A stretch of DNA of 64,000 nt. It comes from Gemmatimonadales bacterium (GTDB taxonomy: Bacteria > Gemmatimonadota > Gemmatimonadetes > Gemmatimonadales > GWC2-71-9). Every line of letters starts with the position of its first letter. Within the stretch, counting starts at the first letter, position 1. Shown here piece after piece: positions 57,551-64,000 of this stretch. The stretch is taken from NCBI GenBank assembly GCA_965248285.1, contig CBDFJJ010000010.1, positions 133,062 to 197,061 of the forward strand, given 5' to 3'. A program made the position numbers and the translations under genes. Under the pieces are notes generated by a model that saw only the letters and a program-made list of their open reading frames with translations, was not told where the DNA came from and did no database searches.

Positions 57551-57848
57551 TTAGTGGTAATCTTCAATCGCAATTATTCCAACCTTCTTGTTTGGGCTCT
57601 CGCCTCTGAGTTCAACCACAAGTCGCCATTGTTTGTTGATACGAAGAGATCGCTGGTGCTTGCGTTTCCCTTTCAGTTTTTCGAAGCGTAGCGATTTGTG
57701 CTTGTATAGGTCCCGTTCGTCGGCCGCCGCTCGGATAGCCTGCATCACCTTTCGGAATCCTCGATCTACGGCGTCCCCCGAACCACCCGTAGCACCACGA
57801 TCAGCCTCTAGTTTTTGAAGGGCGGCGTCCCTCGTGCTCTACTTCCAT
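57551..57848 (-). pseudogene. HigB-type toxin with an apparent 1-nt frameshift
   Basis: C-terminus LRFEKLKGKRKHQRSLRINKQWRLVVEL...IEDYH. The N-terminal homology (DAALQKLEAD...FRKV) has no start. The ATG at 57846-57848 is one frame off. CCC run at 57829-57831. Confidence 0.6.
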
Positions 57849-57945
57849 GTCCAAGGATAGTCGATTACCGTAAAATTATCGGTAGTGGGTCATTTTGAAT
57901 TGTTGAGGCTCTGCGCGACGAGCTTGCCCCTGTTAGCTTTCATAT

Positions 57946-58200
57946 ATGCCGAAAAAGAAGCCCATTGCGAAAACCAAGCTCCGTCCCGACATGAACGAGA
58001 CGGCGCATCGCGTGATGCTGGAAGCGACAGGCCAGGTCCCTAAGACTGTCCCGCCCGGTGAGCGCGAGGATAGCGAAAAAAACCCCGAGGCGGTGAAACG
58101 TGGGGCGAAGGGCGGCGAGGCCCGGGCTAAGGTACTGACCGACGAGGAGCGCGAAAGAATCGCGCAGACGGCCGCCCTGGCGCGGTGGAAGAAGGACTAG
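57946..58200 (+). CDS. small basic protein (MPKKKP..., C-terminal KGGEARAKVLTDEERERIAQTAALARWKK)
   Basis: 84 aa. Its start context is homologous to the truncated ORF inside both 244-bp arms. Confidence 0.5.
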   Translation: MPKKKPIAKTKLRPDMNETAHRVMLEATGQVPKTVPPGEREDSEKNPEAVKRGAKGGEARAKVLTDEERERIAQTAALARWKKD

Positions 58201-58688
58201 TAGTCCGACCCGGACTCAGCCATTCCGCGTGCGATCCGACGCAGCTCCACGTCGAGGGTGAAGTCTTTCTCGACAGTGATAGGTTCTTGGTCGGGATTGA
58301 TACGATTCCAGTGGTCCATGTCGAAGGTAAGCTGGGTGATGTCGCCGACGGTCTGTTCACGGCGCATCGTCTTCGACGCCTCCATCGGTGTCCGGTCGGC
58401 CTCGTCGATGTCGATCCACAGGTGTAGCTGGTCCCGATTCTCGTCGGTCACGACGTACATGTGGTTGACCCGGTAAGGCTCTCCCGTCTCGGGGTCCGTC
58501 CGCGTCTCCTCGCGCGCCGCTTGGGAGAATCTACGGACGAGTTGTTCACGCGGGTCCTTCGGCTCCGGCAACGGATACCCCATCGTATCAATGGCCCAGG
58601 CGACCACGGCCTTCATATCCACCGACGGATTACCGGTCTCGTCTCGGTAGTGACGAATGAGTTTCTGCATCTCTTGATTCTGGCTCAT
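58197..58688 (-). CDS. hypothetical 163-aa protein, no family recognised
   Basis: Second gene of an operon with the XRE-M78 fusion (20-nt gap). Confidence 0.55.
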   Translation of the reverse strand: MSQNQEMQKLIRHYRDETGNPSVDMKAVVAWAIDTMGYPLPEPKDPREQLVRRFSQAAREETRTDPETGEPYRVNHMYVVTDENRDQLHLWIDIDEADRTPMEASKTMRREQTVGDITQLTFDMDHWNRINPDQEPITVEKDFTLDVELRRIARGMAESGSDY

Positions 58689-58708
58689 TGTGCTTGGTCC
58701 TGAAGTGA

Positions 58709-59854
58709 CTAGGAAACGATTGGAGCGACATCACCCCATCCGTCGTGCATGACGTTGGGCAGGACGACTGACCGCACCCTGGCCAAATGCTTTTGAAAGC
58801 GGTCGTATCGCTCTGTGGCGTGTTGGATCTGGCCAGCCACTAGGCCAGGGTGAACATTCACCAGTTTAGCAAAGCTCAGAAGGTCCCTTTCGGTGAATAT
58901 CGGGGCCTTGCACGCTATGAATTGATTTAGGGTCTTCGTTGGAACGCAAAAATCAGCCGCAGCCTTGTTGGCGATACGTTCCTGTTCCTCTACGTCGGGG
59001 CCGATGCCCGCTCGATCGCCTTCAAGTTCGGCGTCGAAAGCGACGGTGGCCCGGCCATCTCCACGCAGGACGTGCTCACATTCGTGACGGAGCACGAACC
59101 AAAAGTTATCGATGCGGTCGTGCCTCATTGTCAGGCCAATCACCGGAGACCGATCGTCGAGCCAGAAGCACACCCCATCAATCTTGGCCGACTTCAGCGA
59201 CTCAACGATCACTAGTCTGATCCCCGCTTCGGCCAAGATGCGTGGAGCCCTCCGTGCCTCTTCGGCTGAAGCCAATAGGGTACGGAGCTGCCTGATCGCC
59301 CTTTGCATCGCCTTCGTCGAGTATCGGGGCACCACCATCACGGTGGCGATCTGCCTGACGCGATACAGCCAGGCAAGCTGTGCCGGGGTCACGTCGCTGT
59401 TGACGGAGGTCTTCTTCGTTGCGTGCGGCAAGATCTCGATGTTGGATGGTGACTCCACGTCGAAAAAACTGGCCAGCGCGGATTCCACTTGCTCGGTGTT
59501 CTTCATGTCGTCGATAGCCAACCATCCTCGGCAAGTCATCTCTTTGACAGGTAGGTCGCCGTATAACTGAGCACGTCGAGCCCGACTTGGGTCGGGCATT
59601 GTCTCGATGCGTGCGCGAGCCAGGTCATAGTTCTTTTGAAGGCCCAGGAAGGTTTCGGCTGGCACACCAAAAACCTCCGACAAAGCGAGCGCCTTGGGGG
59701 CATCGAGGGGTTGCCTGTCGGTGGCAATCCGGGCCACATGGGCACGACTTATTTCCAAGACCGTCGCGAGCACTTCTTGGGTCCAGTCCTTCTGCGAAAG
59801 AAGCCACCGGATGAGTTGCCCTGGCGTCTGGAAGTCCGGCGGGTTGTTTGACAT
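58709..59854 (-). CDS. HTH (XRE/HigA-like) fused to ImmA/IrrE-type M78 metallopeptidase
   Basis: N-terminus WTQEVLATVLEISRAHVARIATDRQPL...FLGLQKNYDL. C-terminus has HEXXH (RHECEHVLRGD). Confidence 0.75.
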   Translation of the reverse strand: MSNNPPDFQTPGQLIRWLLSQKDWTQEVLATVLEISRAHVARIATDRQPLDAPKALALSEVFGVPAETFLGLQKNYDLARARIETMPDPSRARRAQLYGDLPVKEMTCRGWLAIDDMKNTEQVESALASFFDVESPSNIEILPHATKKTSVNSDVTPAQLAWLYRVRQIATVMVVPRYSTKAMQRAIRQLRTLLASAEEARRAPRILAEAGIRLVIVESLKSAKIDGVCFWLDDRSPVIGLTMRHDRIDNFWFVLRHECEHVLRGDGRATVAFDAELEGDRAGIGPDVEEQERIANKAAADFCVPTKTLNQFIACKAPIFTERDLLSFAKLVNVHPGLVAGQIQHATERYDRFQKHLARVRSVVLPNVMHDGWGDVAPIVS

Positions 59855-59927
59855 GGGAGGAATGTATGCGATGTTCGAAATAATACAACAACATTGCTTG
59901 TGCTTAGCAGTTGACTATATTATAGAC

Positions 59928-60797
59928 ATGAACAGACTGTCAGATGCCAAGCGCGCAGCAATCCTACGGTGCCTCACCGAAGGCAATTCCATCCGGTCCA
60001 CGGCCCGCATTACCGGCACCGTGAAAGCCACCGTCCTAAAGTTGCTGGTCGAAACGGGCGAGTTCTGCTCGAACTATCAGGAGCAAGTTCTACGGGATCT
60101 GGACTGCAAGCGTATCGAAGCCGACGAAATTTGGGCCTTCATCGGAGCGAAACAGAGGAACCCGAAGAAGGCGGGGGACGGTGACATTTGGACGTTCACG
60201 GCTCTCGACCCCGATTCCAAGCTGATGGTCGCATGGCTCGTTGGCGACAGAAGCCCCAAGAGTGCCACCATTTTCATGAAGGATCTGGCGTCACGAGTCT
60301 CGGACAAGATCCAGCTAACGACGGATGGTCACGGGATGTACCTGAGCGCCGTACGTGCGGCTTTCAGTTTCCTCGACGTAGACTACGCACAAGTTGTGAA
60401 AAAATACGGCCAGCTAGGGACCACAGAGGAACGGCGGCGTTACTCACCACCGACATGCACCGGGGCCAAGAAGGTCAGAATGATCGGCAACCCCAACCCG
60501 GACCTGATCTCAACATCCATGGTCGAGCGCAGCAACCTACAGCTTCGGATGTCTTCACGGCGATTCACCCGCTTGACGAGCGGATTCAGCCGGAAGGCCG
60601 AGAATCACGCCCACGCGGTCAGCCTGACCTTCATGGCGTACAACTTCTGCACGCTCCACGGGACCCTCACGAAGGCGCGCGGTGGCCTCAAGACGACCCC
60701 AGCGATGGCCGCTGGCCTTACAAAGCGCCCTTGGAAGATTGAGGACGTCCTGGCCCTCATGGATGGGGCGTACCGTACGACCGCGAATTCAAAATGA
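59928..60797 (+). CDS. IS1-family transposase (single-ORF type)
   Basis: N-terminal HTH (AAILRCLTEGNSIRSTARITG), then ADEIWAFIGAKQ...WTFTALD...TTDGHGMY. Confidence 0.8.
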   Translation: MNRLSDAKRAAILRCLTEGNSIRSTARITGTVKATVLKLLVETGEFCSNYQEQVLRDLDCKRIEADEIWAFIGAKQRNPKKAGDGDIWTFTALDPDSKLMVAWLVGDRSPKSATIFMKDLASRVSDKIQLTTDGHGMYLSAVRAAFSFLDVDYAQVVKKYGQLGTTEERRRYSPPTCTGAKKVRMIGNPNPDLISTSMVERSNLQLRMSSRRFTRLTSGFSRKAENHAHAVSLTFMAYNFCTLHGTLTKARGGLKTTPAMAAGLTKRPWKIEDVLALMDGAYRTTANSK

Positions 60798-60806
60798 CCC
60801 ACTACC

Positions 60807-61050
60807 CACCAGAGCGGGTAGCGAGAGAGGCACAACATCCTCGCGGAGCTTGCCCGGTTCGGGTTTCTTCTTCGGCATAGCTGAAAGCTAGGGGACCTAC
60901 GGGCGGGAGGGCAACAGGGTCAGATTTCAAACTGACCCATACCTTTTTGTGGGCATCACTCAGTGGATCTACAGCGACTGGCTCACACCACCACCGCACC
61001 GCACCGACGCGAGCCCCTTCTATCCCTGGCCGGAAGACTGGCTAGAAAAA
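60807..61050. repeat. 244-bp inverted repeat, right arm
   Basis: See the left arm. Confidence 0.9.
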
Positions 61051-61435
61051 CGGAACTCGCAGCACGAGACCTAAGTTCCTCGTCGGTCAACACGCTGTCG
61101 GGCGCTTCCCGTAAAATCGCTCCGGCCCTAACGACCGCCTCAGACAACACCGCGATCGCCTCCCCTGCCCGTGTGACTCGCTCCATGCCGTTCTTGCCGT
61201 AGGAGACGTAAACGGGACCGTTGACGACACTAGAGGGCATCGGCCCACCGTCTGAAAACACCCTCAGCGGTGCCCCTATGAGCTTGGCTAGTTGCCGTAC
61301 AAACTCCGGCGGGACCTCGTTCCGTCCTCGCTCCCACGACTGAACGGTACTACGGCCACGAAAGACGACGTCCCCAAAGTCGTCCTGGCTCATATCAAAG
61401 ATGTTCTTCCGGACGTCGCGAAGTCGCTCTCCCAT
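60983..61435 (-). CDS. XRE-family HTH regulator (CI-like), 3' end replaced by the repeat arm
   Basis: MGERLRDVRKNIFDMSQDDFGDVVFRGRSTVQSWERG. Alternative TTG start at 61480. From 61050 downward the frame translates the arm. Confidence 0.6.
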   Translation of the reverse strand: MGERLRDVRKNIFDMSQDDFGDVVFRGRSTVQSWERGRNEVPPEFVRQLAKLIGAPLRVFSDGGPMPSSVVNGPVYVSYGKNGMERVTRAGEAIAVLSEAVVRAGAILREAPDSVLTDEELRSRAASSVFLASLPARDRRGSRRCGAVVV

Positions 61436-61473
61436 ATCCTTTGCTGGACGCCAAGTTTGAGCCACATTCCCTC

Positions 61474-61524
61474 TTGACAATCTCTAATATTGAGCATATT
61501 ATAGTACCATAAGCTCAACATTAG
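61474..61524 (+). promoter_or_regulatory. sigma-70-type promoter with flanking operator half-sites
   Basis: TTGACA (61474-61479), 17 nt, TATTAT (61497-61502). Inverted CTAATATTGAGC (61484-61495) / GCTCAACATTAG (61513-61524). Confidence 0.55.
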
Positions 61525-61561
61525 ATGTTTTGGCGATAAAGGCTTAACCGACGGTAAATCG

Positions 61562-61777
61562 ATGACTTCCAACAATCTGCCTCTCGTAAACGACCCCGAC
61601 AAGAAGGAAAACTGGCTCCCGGCATCGACCCGACTCCGGTCGTCGGATCGTACGCTCATCAAGCGCGCGGTACTGGAGATCGAGAGCCAAGGACGAAGCG
61701 GCTACACGCTCTCGGACTTCTTGCGGGAATCCGCGCTTGAGAGGGCAGAGGCGATTCTCGAAGGCGCAGCGGCCTAG
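61562..61777 (+). CDS. small ribbon-helix-helix-type protein (DUF1778/Cro-like)
   Basis: NDPDKKENWLPASTRLRSSDRTLIKRAVL. Positional analog of 3507-3713. Confidence 0.5.
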   Translation: MTSNNLPLVNDPDKKENWLPASTRLRSSDRTLIKRAVLEIESQGRSGYTLSDFLRESALERAEAILEGAAA

Positions 61778-61787
61778 GTCTCTCCTC

Positions 61788-62189
61788 ATGAGCACCAGAG
61801 TAAAGCCGCGTTGGATTCGGCCCAACGACAAACGGAGCACCTGTCGTGCGGTGTACGCTCGGCTGGCTGAGTTGGAGGGGATCGCCGAGTCCACCGCCCG
61901 TGATCAGTTCGTCGGCTACCTCACGCCGGCGGAACGACTCGCTGGTCGCCTCTCGAATCAGATCGCCGCCTGCCAGGATGTCCAGCGGTACGACATGATC
62001 GTCGAGCTGCTGATGGACCTCTGGAAAGTGGCGCTCGGCATCCCGCCTGACTGGGAAACCGCGAAACACGACTACGACGTCGCGGACTCGACGGAAGAAA
62101 CCGACCAAGCGGACTTCGATCACCTCGAACGCAATGGGTCTCGTGAAGCGCCTGCATTGGGTTCGGCGTCGCCGGGTCGTGTCGCGTGA
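61788..62189 (+). CDS. hypothetical prophage early protein
   Basis: 133 aa from MSTRVKPRW. Same slot as 937-1365. Confidence 0.4.
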   Translation: MSTRVKPRWIRPNDKRSTCRAVYARLAELEGIAESTARDQFVGYLTPAERLAGRLSNQIAACQDVQRYDMIVELLMDLWKVALGIPPDWETAKHDYDVADSTEETDQADFDHLERNGSREAPALGSASPGRVA

Positions 62190-62465
62190 GATCGCTCGCG
62201 CCCAACGATACATCGCCGCCGGCGACCAGCGGTTTCTCGCGTGAGCCAGACCGAACTCGTGCTCTCGTTTGTGCTCGTGGCTCTGCGCCGGATGGGTGCT
62301 CGGCTACCGCTACCACGTGCTCAAGGTGCGGGAGATACAGGCCCGTCGCATCAAGCGGATGGCGTTCGAGTGGCTGTGCTGGCGCGCCGCCGTGCAGGAG
62401 AGAAGAACGGATCAAGCAGGCCCAACAGGAGGCTCGCGAGCGTGGTGCTCAGGAGGAAGAGGGGG

Positions 62466-62987
62466 CTATTTGCAGTGGTTTAGAGATCCGATCGCTTCCG
62501 GGGCACCGTTCAGGCCGAATACCACGGTGTACGTGTTTGCGCTGTGTCCAAAACGCAACGCGACACGATTCTGACCTTGGGCTAGTGCCTCAACGAACTT
62601 GCTTGCCGTCTCGTCCAAAGCAGCCATTCCGCCATCCATCGACCTCCAATTCTCGGTGACTGGCTCATTCCGATCGGTGCGCCAAGTCATCGATCGATTC
62701 CATGTCTCGCCGATGATATCGAGCCGAATTGACGAGTTGCTCAGTGAACTCTGGTCGACCATTACGCCCACGCTGAATGTGCCCTCGACGCAATAAATCG
62801 CCAAGATCCACTTTTCGGCCTCGTCCTGCGTGACGGCCCGCGACGCGTTGGCGTCCGTGATCGGATCTAACGACTCTTGGTAGAACCAATCGCCCATGGC
62901 TACGATATCCTGGCCGTTGGCAATATCCGGAAGCAACAAAAATGACACGCAGGCCCCTAGGGTCCGAAGGAAAAGGGATCGTTTCAC
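62466..62987 (-). CDS. secreted protein, unknown function
   Basis: Signal peptide MKRSLFLRTLGACVSFLLLPDIANGQ. GTGA-coupled to the upstream gene. Confidence 0.5.
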   Translation of the reverse strand: MKRSLFLRTLGACVSFLLLPDIANGQDIVAMGDWFYQESLDPITDANASRAVTQDEAEKWILAIYCVEGTFSVGVMVDQSSLSNSSIRLDIIGETWNRSMTWRTDRNEPVTENWRSMDGGMAALDETASKFVEALAQGQNRVALRFGHSANTYTVVFGLNGAPEAIGSLNHCK

Positions 62988-63187
62988 CGATCGTCCTTCC
63001 GAAAAATCAGGAGGAAAACGTCTTTGTCGCCCAGCCCCATAAACCGAGCGGTGTCCCCGGCAACGATCCGATCAAGCGTCCATCCGTCTTTTGCGGTGTG
63101 ATTAATGAGGTTCTCGAGGTCCCCAGAAGTGAGTCGGCCCGAGATGAACGATTTCTTTTTCTTCTCGATGACTTTGTAGGTAGGCAC
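62984..63187 (-). CDS. DUF4177-like small protein
   Basis: VPTYKVIEKKK...LINHTAKDGWTLDRIV...FLLIFRK. GAGAGGG RBS before the GTG at 63187. Confidence 0.55.
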   Translation of the reverse strand: MPTYKVIEKKKKSFISGRLTSGDLENLINHTAKDGWTLDRIVAGDTARFMGLGDKDVFLLIFRKDDR

Positions 63188-63434
63188 AGTGCCCTCTCGG
63201 TCGCGTTGATTAGGCCATCCGGCCCCACATCTCGTGAAACACCCCTGTAACACCCCCCCAGCAGAGCCCACCTTAAATTTCCTATATTCATAGGGTTACG
63301 CGCCTGGCAGGGGTGTAACACTCCTGCCCAGGCTGCTGTCCCCAGCTCCGAAGATGCACCACGGGACAGCGAGGTCAAGGCGGGCCGTCTCTGGCCCAAA
63401 TCTCAGAGGAATTGTTGACAATGCGTCAGAGCCC

Positions 63435-64000
63435 TCACCCCTTATCCGTGTGCGCCCACCAGACGACGCGCCCCATGATTCGGGCTCGATCATCGAGCGG
63501 CTGCGGCTCGTACTCTTCGTTGTCGCTGTCCGCCCACCAGCGGTGCTTGCGTTTGCGGAGACGCTTGACCACCGGGCCTTCGTCCGTCCGTAGCGCGTAG
63601 ATCCAGCCGCTGCGCGGTGCGCAGCGAGTCTCATCGACCAGCGCCGCGTCTCCGTCGAAGATCGTGCGCTCCATACTATCGCCTGATACATCGACCAGGG
63701 AGACGTCCTTGGCCCTCAGCCTTTGCTTGCGCAGCCAGCTTGTGCGGAATTTGACCTCACCGGCGACGGGCTCTTGGTCGGCGAACGTTCCGGTTCCCGC
63801 CGCTAGCCGGACATCCTCGGACTCGTAGCGTCTGACGGACTCGTAGTCTTCGTCCCGCCAGCCCGGCGCTGACTGGATCGGGGACACGTCGGGGTCGGTG
63901 AGGTCGGCTGCTGCCTGCAGCCGCTCCAGCTCCGCCTCGGTACGCTCCAGCGCAGCTTCCAGCTGCTCGCGCTTGCGCGCCTCCTCCCGGCGGATCCGGG
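63435..64000 (-). CDS. S24-peptidase (LexA/CI-type) repressor, N-terminus beyond the window
   Basis: VSGDSMERTIFDGD...GPVVKRL Ser/Lys dyad. My translation shows the frame stays open to nt 64000 through a coiled-coil (RIRREEARKREQLEAALERTEAELERLQAAAD). Confidence 0.75.
   Translation of the reverse strand, partial: RIRREEARKREQLEAALERTEAELERLQAAADLTDPDVSPIQSAPGWRDEDYESVRRYESEDVRLAAGTGTFADQEPVAGEVKFRTSWLRKQRLRAKDVSLVDVSGDSMERTIFDGDAALVDETRCAPRSGWIYALRTDEGPVVKRLRKRKHRWWADSDNEEYEPQPLDDRARIMGRVVWWAHTDKG

Larger units (their letters stand above)
57881..60806 (+). mobile_element. IS1-family transposon with three passenger genes
   Basis: Perfect 21-bp terminal IRs GGTAGTGGGTCATTTTGAATT (57881-57901; reverse complement at 60786-60806). 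The transposase stop lies inside the right IR, as in IS1. The flanks show no TSD. Confidence 0.8.

Noticed and set aside
34232-64000. Integrase or excisionase next to the tRNA half or elsewhere in the prophages
   Set aside because: No ORF with tyrosine- or serine-recombinase motifs was recognisable in any frame. The att and integration machinery must lie outside the window or has been lost.

Overview
High-GC bacterial chromosome segment. It holds two related, inverted and heavily rearranged prophage remnants with a lambda-type head module (Nu1/A-W-B-C-D-E order). About 17 kb of housekeeping genes separates them. LEFT (1-17.3 kb): an IS-scrambled remnant. It carries early and immunity genes and a HicAB-like cargo. 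On the minus strand it carries a lysis cassette and a 920-aa host-specificity gene, cut off near 13.8 kb. It is interrupted by IS5-, IS256- and IS630-family copies. MIDDLE (17.3-34.0 kb, mostly minus strand): SSS and DASS transporters, a class IV aminotransferase, and a TetR-linked beta-oxidation-type cluster (three crotonases, thiolase, 3-hydroxyacyl-CoA dehydrogenase, ALDH, GDPD, amidohydrolase). It also holds an ECF sigma/anti-sigma pair that includes a 614-bp tandem duplication with no differences seen. RIGHT (34.2-64 kb): a tRNA-Leu 5' half, an out-of-place chaperone/tape-measure block, HNH, a terminase-to-lysin late operon, a cargo region and a second immunity region. Most interesting: (i) an IS1595-family transposon (26-bp IRs, 8-bp TSD) carrying a lower-GC HEPN-like gene, inserted into the 3' end of the phage HNH gene. 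(ii) An IS1-family transposon (perfect 21-bp IRs) carrying an XRE-M78 peptidase fusion plus an unrecognisable 163-aa gene. (iii) A 3.5-kb segment bracketed by perfect 244-bp inverted repeats. (iv) Three intergenic hairpins, each built from a different short tandem repeat, all with the purine-rich arm 5' in the mRNA. (v) A C-terminal domain swap between two otherwise near-identical tail proteins. I saw no rRNA, intact tRNA, CRISPR array or integrase. All functional calls rest on motif recognition by eye and on gene order. None has been checked against a database.
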